From NCBI GenBank assembly GCA_965221295.1, contig OZ244879.1, positions 623,252 to 687,251 on the forward strand: DNA of 64,000 nucleotides, written 5' to 3'. Source of the stretch: Dehalococcoidia bacterium (GTDB lineage: Bacteria; Chloroflexota; Dehalococcoidia; Lucifugimonadales; UBA3495). Within the stretch, counting starts at the first letter, position 1, and each line of letters begins with the position of its first letter. Position numbers and translations under genes: made by a program. Shown piece after piece: positions 8,101 to 17,078 of this stretch. The notes beneath the pieces were generated by a model. That model had not been told where the DNA came from. It was given only the letters and a program-made list of their open reading frames with translations, and searched no databases.

Positions 8101-8847
8101 GTGTACCGGGACGGTAGCAAGGCCGAGCAGGTGTTGAGCACGGGCGCCGCCGACGAGGCGAACGAACCCGACGCCCAACTGTCTGTGTTGGACCAGGCGC
8201 CGCCCGGCCCTCGCGTTCCTCGGGGCCGCCCCCGTCAGATCAGTGGAGTCACCGAGCGGGTGCGCACGGGCCACGGCAACATGTACGTAACGGTGAATCT
8301 GGATGACGCCGGCCGTCCATTTGAGGTATTCGGCACTACAGGCAAAGCCGGCGGTTGCGACGCGGCGTTGATGGAGGCTGTGTCTCGCCTGGTTTCCCTG
8401 GCCCTGCGCGCCGGCATCGACAGCGGCGAGGTCACCAGGCAGTTGCGGGGCATCACCTGCTGCCCGGCGTGGGACGACGGAACCCTGGTGCGTTCGGGTC
8501 CCGACGCCGTGGCGATTGTCCTGGACAAGCTGACCGAAGGATTGGCCGGAGGAACCAACTTGCCGGACGGAGTTCAGCTAACGCTGGCCTCGGGACTCTC
8601 AAGCTACTCTCAAGATGCGTCCGACCCGCGCTCGTTCCTGCCTCCGGGAGCGACGGTAGGACGCAACGAGACGGGGTCGCAAAACGGCTACGCATCCGTG
8701 AACGGCAACGGCAGCGCCAATGGATACCACCTGGCGATGCCGACCGGGTTGGCCTACTCCCAGCGGTGTCCGGAGTGCAACAGCGGCGTGGCCAACCAGG
8801 AGGGTTGCCTGACGTGCCACTCCTGCGGGTGGACCAAGTGTGAATGA
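5116..8847 (+). CDS. nrdJ: Adenosylcobalamin-dependent (class II) ribonucleoside-triphosphate/diphosphate reductase NrdJ, interrupted by an intein
   Basis: Class II RNR blocks are present (LPNSPTLMNAG, SACFVLPVEDS, KSGGGTGFAFSRLRP, ...ESTNP / CGEQPLLPYESCNLGSLN, TIAPTGTIS, KTINFP). The C-terminus is a Cys-rich zinc ribbon. The N-terminal start (GTG at 5116 or a downstream ATG) is uncertain. Confidence 0.9.
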   Translation: MEARATSMTQQVSGDQKSSDPKSSAQRRIRDAMTAAGIAQSYGERTGELTDNARVVLQRRYLAKDREGKVLEDPEGMFRRVARNLSQSDLEYGATEAERQRVEDEFYRVMRRLEFLPNSPTLMNAGRELQQLSACFVLPVEDSLDSIFTKVKQTALIHKSGGGTGFAFSRLRPEGDVVGSTGGVASGPVSFINAFDAATDVVKQGGTRRGANMGILHVTHPDIMDFITSKEDGQRLSNFNISVAVTEDFMRRVENDQAYDLVNPRTGQITGQLNAREVFERMTELAWRTGDPGIVFLDRINRDNPNPQLGDIESTNPCVSADTWVQTADGPRQVVELVGVPCAVMVDGEAHDTGRQGFFPTGVKPVLRLATEEGYNLRLTEDHPTLRVNADAGAGSGRAWVPARDLRPGDEIQLHDHRNIASWPGPYSEREGYRIGALMGNDALSENRAPLGFGTRQGFPSGTDQTHGAAPVMERTAAAVQTRHRRNALDGSMDAPGVSQRQPGLGAASLLALEVGMAPGRKTITPAMERASSDFYRGFLRALFDADGTVNDAPADGLSVRLSWSDAPFDASFLEAAQRMLLRLGIASRLRNPSHPSGAGTLSDGQRNPVPGPMGTEPVGTKPMGTKPMETKPELAIAGENIARFAATVGFSDVDKQTQLVGSLAAHRPGFSEERFVARVQSLQPDGCEAVFDVQVPGVNAFDANGLYAHNCGEQPLLPYESCNLGSLNLARMVRYDGVGAEIDWERMSEVIETAVHMLDCVIDMNDYPIDEIADMSRRTRRIGLGVMGWSDLLIQMGVRYDSEAALELAEEVMKFIQEETYRASERLSEARGPFPEWERSVYSRGPNQRHMRNSAPVTIAPTGTISIIAGASSGIEPLFALSYVRNVMDNTRLVEGNNYFEAVARNEGFYSEELMEQLAAVGSLEHLDVPAWVKEVFRVSHDIDPRWHVKMQGAFQKYTDNAVSKTINFPHDATVADVAEAYRSAYALGCKGITVYRDGSKAEQVLSTGAADEANEPDAQLSVLDQAPPGPRVPRGRPRQISGVTERVRTGHGNMYVTVNLDDAGRPFEVFGTTGKAGGCDAALMEAVSRLVSLALRAGIDSGEVTRQLRGITCCPAWDDGTLVRSGPDAVAIVLDKLTEGLAGGTNLPDGVQLTLASGLSSYSQDASDPRSFLPPGATVGRNETGSQNGYASVNGNGSANGYHLAMPTGLAYSQRCPECNSGVANQEGCLTCHSCGWTKCE
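6067..7248 (+). mobile_element. Intein (394 codons) with a LAGLIDADG-type homing-endonuclease-like insert
   Basis: The conserved NrdJ motif TNPCGEQPL is split as TNP | CVSADTW....LYAHN | CGEQPL. That gives Cys1, a terminal His-Asn and a +1 Cys. Internally, GFLRALFDADGTV is a good LAGLIDADG block and GALMGNDAL is a degenerate one. Confidence 0.85.
6958..7017 (+). repeat. Four in-frame 15-nt tandem units (GT[EK]P[VM]) inside the intein
   Basis: ggaaccgaacccgta, ggaaccaaacccatg (twice) and gaaaccaaacccgaa. Confidence 0.85.
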
Positions 8848-8885
8848 CCCTCCCACCGGGAGGCGAGGCCTGGAGAAGCGACCGG

Positions 8886-8909
8886 GAGGGGCGGCCAAAG
8901 CCGCCCCTC
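8886..8909 (+). terminator. Possible terminator hairpin after nrdJ
   Basis: gaggggcggc caaa gccgcccctc forms a perfect 10-bp stem. It has no clear U-tract. Confidence 0.35.
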
Positions 8910-9324
8910 TCTAAACTCAGCGCCGCTTGGCGATTGCTGGCAGCCGCAGGCGATACAATCGCCGGAACCCGGCGGCTACCAGATAATCGGCGGTGAGGGT
9001 TTTCGCGTCAGACTGGCGTCGCGACGTTCGAGAAGGCCCGATTGGACTGACGACCGATCACATCGCCCGGCGAACCAGCAGAGCGACGCTGGCCATACGA
9101 CCGAACTTCCACCAACGCGATTCCAGGCAATGCGATTTTAGGCAACGCGAATTTCAGGCAACGCGCTAATCGTAGGCTTTGGCCGATTCGCCAGCAACCT
9201 ACGGGGCCAACCAGAGTTCCAGCGTATGGCATAATACCGGCTACAATCCGCATACCGGCTACCGTCCGCGTTAGCAATACGTCAAGAGCGCGCAGGCGGC
9301 GGGTCAAAGCAAACGTCGCCGTCC

Positions 9325-9873
9325 ATGTCTGCTGACAACATCATCCTGGTAGGGTTCATGGCCACCGGCAAGAGCCACGTCGGCCGCCTGATCGCCCGGC
9401 TGACTGGCCGGCGTGTGGCGGACATCGATGAAGAAATCGTGCGGCGGGCCCACAAACCCATCCAGGACATTTTCTCCCAAGACGGCGAGGCCGTTTTCCG
9501 GGCCATGGAGCGACACGCGGCCCTGACCCTGTGCGAAGGCGGCAACAAGGTGATTTCGGCCGGCGGCGGCGCTTTCGCACAGGAACTCACCCGTCAGATT
9601 CTACTGGAGAGCGGCACGGTTTTTTGCCTCACCGCGCAACCGGAAACCATCCACCATCGCATCACGCGAGGCAGCCCGAACGCCGCGGTTCGGCCCATGC
9701 TGGCGGGCGGCGACCCTCTGGACCGCATCCGCGACCTGCTCCAGGAACGCGCCGAAGCCTACGCCCACGCCCACTATTCCGTCGCCACCGACGACCGCAC
9801 GCCGGAGCAGGTGGCGGAGGAAGTCCTGCGCATTTTCGATCAGACCGCCTCGGGCTGCGATTCCAGTGGTTGA
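9325..9873 (+). CDS. aroK: Shikimate kinase
   Basis: P-loop LVGFMATGKSHVGR and typical size. The gene sits in an aro gene context. Confidence 0.9.
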   Translation: MSADNIILVGFMATGKSHVGRLIARLTGRRVADIDEEIVRRAHKPIQDIFSQDGEAVFRAMERHAALTLCEGGNKVISAGGGAFAQELTRQILLESGTVFCLTAQPETIHHRITRGSPNAAVRPMLAGGDPLDRIRDLLQERAEAYAHAHYSVATDDRTPEQVAEEVLRIFDQTASGCDSSG

Positions 9874-9877
9874 CGGC

Positions 9878-11398
9878 ATGATGATCGCCCACCAGTGGCA
9901 ACCGATCACCCCGCTGTCAGAGGATTGCGGCTACGATTTTTCCGAAATCGACGCCCGGCAACGGCGGGGGACTGCCGTTCGCAGGATCTTTCAGGAAGAA
10001 CGGCCCGACGCTTACCAAGCGTTCCTGGATCGTCTGGATCGTAGCGGGGCTATCGAAACCGGTAAGATCGAAAGGCTGTACATCCTGTCCGAAGGCACGA
10101 CTAAAACGCTGATCGCGCGCGGCCTTTCGGCTGACTTAATTGAACACGGATCAACGAACAAAGACCCCCAGGAACTGGTCAGAATTTTGCAAGACCATGT
10201 GGACGCTGCAACTGGAGTCTACACCGCAATCAAGGAAGGTCGGCCGATTTCACGCAGCGCGATCCGTGAGATTCACCAAGTCCTCACCAGAAACCAACCG
10301 ACCTACGCGGCTGTTGACCAGTTCGGCAAGCAGTTCGACGCCCAGCTGGAACGCGGCGCATTCAAAAAGTTGCCAAACAACCCGACTCGTCGCGACGGGT
10401 TGATCCACGAATTTTGCCCACCGGAACAGGTGGATAGCGAGCTGGACAACTTGCTGGAGTGGTACCACGATTACGTGCAGCGCCCCGATAGGTATCATCC
10501 GCTGCTCACGGGAGCATGGCTCCATCATCGCTTTACCCAAATTCATCCCTTCCAGGACGGCAACGGCCGAGTGGTCCGCACGCTGCTGACCTGGCATTTG
10601 GCCCGTGAAGGCTATCTGCCTGTAGTCGTGAAAGAGGCTGATCGAGTCCATTACTTGGCGGCCCTTGAAACGGCCGACGCCGGCAACCTGCGTCCATTTG
10701 TCGAACTACTGACGCAGCTGCAATCGAGCGCCATATCGGAAGCTTTGGATTTTGCTCTGGGGGAGGCTGACCCATCAGAACCAGTCGGCCTCGTTGACCA
10801 GATCCTGGATAATGTAGTCGCGCGGATCGAACGTGGGGATGCAGTCCGGGCGGCCCAATTGCGCGCGGCCAACACCATTGCTGCGTCACTCCGAGACACC
10901 GCTGGCGCAACATTGGAGACGCTGGGCAGCCAAGTCGCGACACGGTTGGGCGACGCGGGGCGAACCGTGGTGCCAGAGATCATCAATGGCGGCCCGGAAG
11001 AACGAGGATACTGGTACCGCCAACAAGTGATTCAAACCGCACGGAAGTCCGGTCATTGGGTGAATCTGAATGAATCCAGATTCTTCGTTAGGCTCGCCCT
11101 AACGCCGGAACCTCGGTATGGCCAACCGCGGCTAGTTTTCGTGATATCGCTGCATCACGTTGGGCGCAGATTGTCGGGGGTGATGGCGGCAACCGCATTC
11201 GCCACCGTTGAGCGTCAACCTCCGGACGCTGCTGAGTACGTTGCCGGGGCCGATGATCCGTCGTTCATGGACTGCACGTCGGAACCATTTGTCTTCACTG
11301 GAGAGGATGACCCCGATTCACTGACTGCCGACTTTGCTACATGGACCCAACTCCAATTCGCCATCGCGTTGCGCGAGTGGGGCGAATACCTAACCTGA
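9878..11398 (+). CDS. Fic/DOC family protein (probable AMPylase) with an uncharacterised C-terminal region of about 230 aa
   Basis: Carries the canonical Fic motif HPFQDGNGRVVR. The ORF overlaps the aroK stop and ends 35 nt before the aroB start. Confidence 0.85.
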   Translation: MMIAHQWQPITPLSEDCGYDFSEIDARQRRGTAVRRIFQEERPDAYQAFLDRLDRSGAIETGKIERLYILSEGTTKTLIARGLSADLIEHGSTNKDPQELVRILQDHVDAATGVYTAIKEGRPISRSAIREIHQVLTRNQPTYAAVDQFGKQFDAQLERGAFKKLPNNPTRRDGLIHEFCPPEQVDSELDNLLEWYHDYVQRPDRYHPLLTGAWLHHRFTQIHPFQDGNGRVVRTLLTWHLAREGYLPVVVKEADRVHYLAALETADAGNLRPFVELLTQLQSSAISEALDFALGEADPSEPVGLVDQILDNVVARIERGDAVRAAQLRAANTIAASLRDTAGATLETLGSQVATRLGDAGRTVVPEIINGGPEERGYWYRQQVIQTARKSGHWVNLNESRFFVRLALTPEPRYGQPRLVFVISLHHVGRRLSGVMAATAFATVERQPPDAAEYVAGADDPSFMDCTSEPFVFTGEDDPDSLTADFATWTQLQFAIALREWGEYLT

Positions 11399-11433
11399 CC
11401 GAGCAATACCCACCGCACATAAGGAGCGACGGC

Positions 11434-12537
11434 ATGACAACCAACGCCGATCTCGCCGCGACCGTTCACCACTCCGGGGGCAGCTACCCCGTCATCGCCG
11501 GTTGGGGTGTCATTGACCGCCTGGGCGACTACATCAAGGATTTGGGACTGGGCAACGTCGCCTACATCATCACCGACGAAAACGTGATGCGTCCCTACGG
11601 CCGCAACGCCCAGTGGGCCCTGCAGCGGGCCGGCATCGCGGCGCACTGCTTCGTAATACCGGCCGGAGAGACGAGCAAGTCGTTCCAGCAGGCCCAGGAA
11701 ATCTACGAATGGCTGGTGAGCCTGAAGGCCGAGCGCGGTCAGCCCATCATCGCCATCGGCGGCGGAGTCTCCGGCGACCTGGGCGGTTTCATCGCCAGCA
11801 CGTTCCTGCGGGGCGTGCCCTTCATCCAGGCGCCCACCAGCATGGCCGCCATGGTCGACGCCTCCATCGGCGGCAAGGTTGCGGTCAATCTGCCCCAGGC
11901 CAAGAACATGGTCGGCGCCTTCTACCAGCCCCGGGCCGTCCTGGCCGACGTGCAGGCGCTCGCCACCCTGGGCAAGCGTGAGCTGTCGGAAGGGTGGGCC
12001 GAAGCCATCAAGCACGGACTCATCCTCGACCCTTCGCTGGTGGAGGTATTCGAAGAACACGCCGAGGCGCTCATGGAAGTGGAACCGGAAATCTCCACGG
12101 AGGTCATCCGCCGCAGCATGGCGATCAAGGCCGACATCGTGAGCCAGGACGAACGAGAGACGCTGGACATTCGCATCCTGCTCAACTACGGGCACACCAT
12201 CGGCCACGCCCTGGAAGCCTCCACCGAGTACGGGCGATTCATGCACGGCGAAGGGGTGTCCGTGGGCATGATGGGCGCCGGCCGCATTGCCCGGGAGATG
12301 GGAATGATTGGCGACGACATCCTCGACCGGCAGCGCGAGATATTGCGTCGCTTCAACCTGCCCATAACCGCCCACGGCGTGGACATCGGGGCCATCCGGG
12401 GAGCCATGTCGCTGGACAAGAAAACCGTTGGCGGGGCCAACCGTTGGGTGCTGCTTGAGGACGTGGGTCGGGCTACCGTCCGCCGCGATGTCCCCACCGA
12501 TATCGTTGACGAGACGCTGGCGTGGTTGACCGACTGA
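11434..12537 (+). CDS. aroB: 3-dehydroquinate synthase
   Basis: The ATG at 11434 follows AAGGAG. AroB-like blocks are present (GGGVSGDLGGF, NYGHTIGHALE). Confidence 0.9.
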   Translation: MTTNADLAATVHHSGGSYPVIAGWGVIDRLGDYIKDLGLGNVAYIITDENVMRPYGRNAQWALQRAGIAAHCFVIPAGETSKSFQQAQEIYEWLVSLKAERGQPIIAIGGGVSGDLGGFIASTFLRGVPFIQAPTSMAAMVDASIGGKVAVNLPQAKNMVGAFYQPRAVLADVQALATLGKRELSEGWAEAIKHGLILDPSLVEVFEEHAEALMEVEPEISTEVIRRSMAIKADIVSQDERETLDIRILLNYGHTIGHALEASTEYGRFMHGEGVSVGMMGAGRIAREMGMIGDDILDRQREILRRFNLPITAHGVDIGAIRGAMSLDKKTVGGANRWVLLEDVGRATVRRDVPTDIVDETLAWLTD

Positions 12538-12543
12538 TCCCGT

Positions 12544-13638
12544 TCAGCCTCCGCTGGCGCCGACCCGGTTGGCGCCGCGAATTTGCCGCAGTCTGGCCAG
12601 GCGGCGCCCGCGTCTCATCTGGGAGATCACTGCCGCCACCAGCAGCGCCACAATGGTCAACGCCACCAGGCCCGATACTCCCAACAGCAGCAACTGCCCA
12701 ATCTGCGCCAATCCCGCAGAGCCGATCCATCGCGCCAACTGGCCGATTCCCACTGCCACGCCAGCGTTGAGCACCGTAAGGCCGAACAGCCCCAGGATAC
12801 GAGCCGAGTTCACGAACCGTGTGGCCAGGGCGCCTACCTGCGTTCCTACTGAGGCGGCGGCGAACATGATGATGGCGATCACCGGGTCCACGTTCCCGCT
12901 CAGGGAGTACAAAAATGCCCCCAGCGTGCCGGTCACGATGATCTGAAACAGGTCGGTGCCGATGGCCACTGCCGGTGGGACGCCCAACCCGTACACCAGA
13001 AACGGCATCAGCAGGAACCCGCCTCCGGCGCCCAGCAGCGCCGCAACGAACCCAATCACCAACCCGGTACCCATCGGCACCAACGCCGACATTTCGACGA
13101 TTCCTGCATTGGGGAACCCAGGCCGCAGGTTGATCGCCAGATTCCCGGAAAGGACGATTCGGCTTGGCCCCAAACGCACGCTTTGGAACCAACGGGGAAA
13201 GACTCCCAGATCCCGACTGTTGGGGCGGTAGCGCAGGCGTCGCAGCCAGTTTCCCACCATGAGGGTTCCCAAGGTCAGCAGCAGGGTGAAATACACGGCG
13301 CCGATCACCGGCCCGGATATGCCCGCGTCCTCCAGCATGGCATTCACCCGTTCCCCCAGGAACACCCCGGGAATCGTGCCGCAAACGATCAATACGGCCA
13401 GGCGAAGGTCAACGTTGCCCAGCCGCCGGTGCCGCAACGTGCTGGTTATGGCCGTTCCCATCACCATCAGCAACCCAGTTCCCACCGCGTAAATCGTGGG
13501 AACGCCCAGCACCAGTAGCCCGCCAGTAATCAGGAAGCCTCCGCCGACGCCGAAGAAGCCGGTCATCGTGCCGACCACTATGCCCAGCAATGCCAGCAGG
13601 AAAGGGGATACCGCAACGTCGGCGATGGGGAAATACAC
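12544..13638 (-). CDS. TauE/SafE (DUF81) family anion exporter membrane protein
   Basis: Polytopic and Gly-rich, with repeated GxGGG motifs (FFGVGGGFL, LLGAGGGFLLMP) typical of the family. Confidence 0.8.
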   Translation of the reverse strand: MYFPIADVAVSPFLLALLGIVVGTMTGFFGVGGGFLITGGLLVLGVPTIYAVGTGLLMVMGTAITSTLRHRRLGNVDLRLAVLIVCGTIPGVFLGERVNAMLEDAGISGPVIGAVYFTLLLTLGTLMVGNWLRRLRYRPNSRDLGVFPRWFQSVRLGPSRIVLSGNLAINLRPGFPNAGIVEMSALVPMGTGLVIGFVAALLGAGGGFLLMPFLVYGLGVPPAVAIGTDLFQIIVTGTLGAFLYSLSGNVDPVIAIIMFAAASVGTQVGALATRFVNSARILGLFGLTVLNAGVAVGIGQLARWIGSAGLAQIGQLLLLGVSGLVALTIVALLVAAVISQMRRGRRLARLRQIRGANRVGASGG

Positions 13639-13639
13639 G

Positions 13640-13825
13640 TTAGTTCCGCCGTCCGGTTCTACTGACGTTGAACGCCCGCGCCACCAGGGTGATGCCCCGG
13701 CCCAACAGATCCCAAAAAACGAAGAGGGTGACTGCCGTGGCCGCCATGGCTGCGATCACTATGATCGCCCACAACAGGGTGTGAGCCGTCAGAGCCACCA
13801 GAATCTCGGAGAAGATTGTGGGCAT
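13640..13825 (-). CDS. Small hydrophobic protein, apparently translationally coupled to the TauE-family gene
   Basis: A 61-aa ORF with one or two predicted TM segments. Its stop abuts the downstream start. Confidence 0.45.
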   Translation of the reverse strand: MPTIFSEILVALTAHTLLWAIIVIAAMAATAVTLFVFWDLLGRGITLVARAFNVSRTGRRN

Positions 13826-13853
13826 CGGTGTCGCTCGGTTCGGGGCAACCTAG

Positions 13854-15116
<1,263 letters not shown>

Positions 15117-15189
15117 TCTGTTTTCACATGCCGATGGGCGCGGGCCGGGCCGTGCCTGGGCCTGCACCGGGCATCGGCCTGCGCTGGGA

Positions 15190-15777
15190 TTAGGCAGCGA
15201 CCCCCTGCAACGCGGCTACGATGTCCGGCATCACCGAATCGACCCGGCGCTCGATGGCCTCGGGATCCAGCGCCGCCACCGGATGTTGCAGATACACCGA
15301 ACCGGCGTAGTCGGCCCGGCCGAGGGACACGATGTGCTGCTCTGCCGCGGTTCGGAAAGCCTGCGTGTGCACCACCACCGTCTTCACGCCACGGTCTTCG
15401 AGTTCCACCGCGTCGCGCAAACTGCGCGCCACACAGCTTCCTCAATCGCCAATCGCCGTCACCACGAAGTCGCACTCCGCCAATTGGTCGATGATGTCAG
15501 GCGCGGCGGGAGCCGAGAATACCCACTTGGATAGCGTCACGGTTTCGTCAATTCCGTACCCGTCGGATAGCCTCCGCCGGATCGCTTCCAGTATGACGTC
15601 GGCGTTGCCCTTCCGGTTGTCCAGGAACCCGCCGGTCAGGCCCTCCAGGGTCTCCAACGGATTTGCCCGCCGGCGTTCCGGCTCCTCCTGGCGATCCGTG
15701 GGGTCCACCAGGCCCAACTCGGCCATGCGCGTTAGTGAATCGGCCATCTCAACCATCCTGCGAACTGTGTTCGTCAA
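15190..15777 (-). CDS. UGSC-family selenoprotein (in-frame TGA at 15442-15444 read as selenocysteine)
   Basis: The track ORFs 15442..15777 and 15190..15432 are in the same frame, separated only by TGA GGA AGC TGT. The joined reading is ...VVTAIGD-U-GSC-VARSL..., which contains the UGSC motif. The start codon is uncertain (TTG at 15777 or a downstream ATG). Confidence 0.7.
15408..15432 (-). promoter_or_regulatory. Candidate bacterial SECIS hairpin
   Basis: On the minus strand, about 10 nt after the UGA, gtggcgcgca gtt tgcgcgacgc forms a stem of about 10 bp with one mismatch and a G/U-containing apical loop. Confidence 0.35.
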
Positions 15778-15847
15778 TGCGGTTCGTCGTCAATGCGGTT
15801 CAGCATCAATGCAGTCCGTCGCCAAAGCATTCCGTTGGCGATGCGCA

Positions 15848-16909
15848 TCAGTTTACCAGGGCCGAGGTGATCCGCGATCCCCACCCGGGGATATACACGG
15901 AATGCCGTCCGGGTCCCCCGGCAACCATTATATGGATATCTTCTGGGCGGCGCACCAGGGGAACCATGGCGTCGTCGTCATCGCGATCGATCCAGCGCGG
16001 CCACAGGGTATTCCGGTGGGTGTGGCGGCCGTGGATGCCGCCCAGCTTCAGCAGCGACAGCGGTTGCCGCGCCAGCTCGTACAGGTAGGAACGCGCGTCG
16101 TTCTTGCTCCATCCGGCGCCGGCGATGATCTCGGCGTGTTCCGGGCCCAGGATCAGCAGCACGTCGCCCATCACGTTGATGTTGTTGCATCCTGGAATAG
16201 CCATCGAAACGGCGAAGGTCGTCAGCAGGTCCCTGGGATTGTCGGCTCCGTGGTTGTTCAGGTTGTGCGGAGCCTCGGCGGGATGCGTCGTCACCACCGA
16301 CTGCTGGGCGTCGTAGCCCCGTTCCACGTGGTACGGTTCCCACGGGTTGGCCGCCTCGTTTTCGGCGATGCAGTAGGTGAACTTCCCCGGATGCCCAAAG
16401 GTGGCCCGGTCTTCGTCCCCGGGCAACGCGCCGCCCAGGTTGGTCAACGCCAATTTGACGGCCCGGCCGATGGTGGCGTTGGCCCGGTTGCCCTGTCCGA
16501 AGCAGTTGCCCCCGGAGTTCATCTCCAACTCGTTGGCGATTGGTCCGTTCACCACCACCAAGGGCGTGGCGATGTGGGTGGAACACTGCACCGAGGCCAG
16601 GTTGAAGCGCGGCAGCAGCAAAGCCTCGATGGCCGCGATGACCACCGGAAAATAGTCCGGCAGGCATCCCGCCATCACCGCGTTGGCCGCCAGCTTTTCC
16701 ACCGTGGCGCGCCCGCCCCGGGGCGGAACGACGCCCACAGTCTCCAGCGCCGACCGGCCCGAGGCCTCCACGAAGGCGCGCACCCGTTCCACGGTGGGCG
16801 GAACCACAGGCAACCCGTCCGTCCATCCCGCTTCGTAAGCCAGGGCCAGGGCTTCGTCATCTTGGTAGATTGGCCCAGATTCGTTCGCAGATTCATTCAT
16901 CGCCGTCAC
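15848..16909 (-). CDS. Conserved hypothetical protein (353 aa)
   Basis: Long ORF with non-shadow composition (GWTDGLPVVPPT, SVQCSTH, GQGNRANATIGRA). It lies between the enolase-superfamily gene and the UGSC gene on the same strand. No family name was recalled. Confidence 0.7.
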   Translation of the reverse strand: MTAMNESANESGPIYQDDEALALAYEAGWTDGLPVVPPTVERVRAFVEASGRSALETVGVVPPRGGRATVEKLAANAVMAGCLPDYFPVVIAAIEALLLPRFNLASVQCSTHIATPLVVVNGPIANELEMNSGGNCFGQGNRANATIGRAVKLALTNLGGALPGDEDRATFGHPGKFTYCIAENEAANPWEPYHVERGYDAQQSVVTTHPAEAPHNLNNHGADNPRDLLTTFAVSMAIPGCNNINVMGDVLLILGPEHAEIIAGAGWSKNDARSYLYELARQPLSLLKLGGIHGRHTHRNTLWPRWIDRDDDDAMVPLVRRPEDIHIMVAGGPGRHSVYIPGWGSRITSALVN

Positions 16910-17078
16910 GCATCGTCAGCCAGAGACATGGTTGGGCATCTGGCTGCCGAGGGCCCGGCTGGCGCCGCCAGCCGCGCGGGTTTATTCGGTTCGCGGCGCC
17001 GTTGGCATGTCGATGCGCGCTCTCGCCGCCGCGACCTCCCGGTTTTCGGAGCCGTCTTGTTTCCAGAGCCGCCTTGCA

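Noticed and set aside
15190-15432. Treating the 80-aa and 111-aa ORFs as two separate small genes or as a nonsense-mutated pseudogene
   Set aside because: They share a frame, the interruption is a single TGA sitting exactly in a U-GSC motif, and a hairpin follows. Selenocysteine recoding is the more economical reading, though it is unproven from this window alone.
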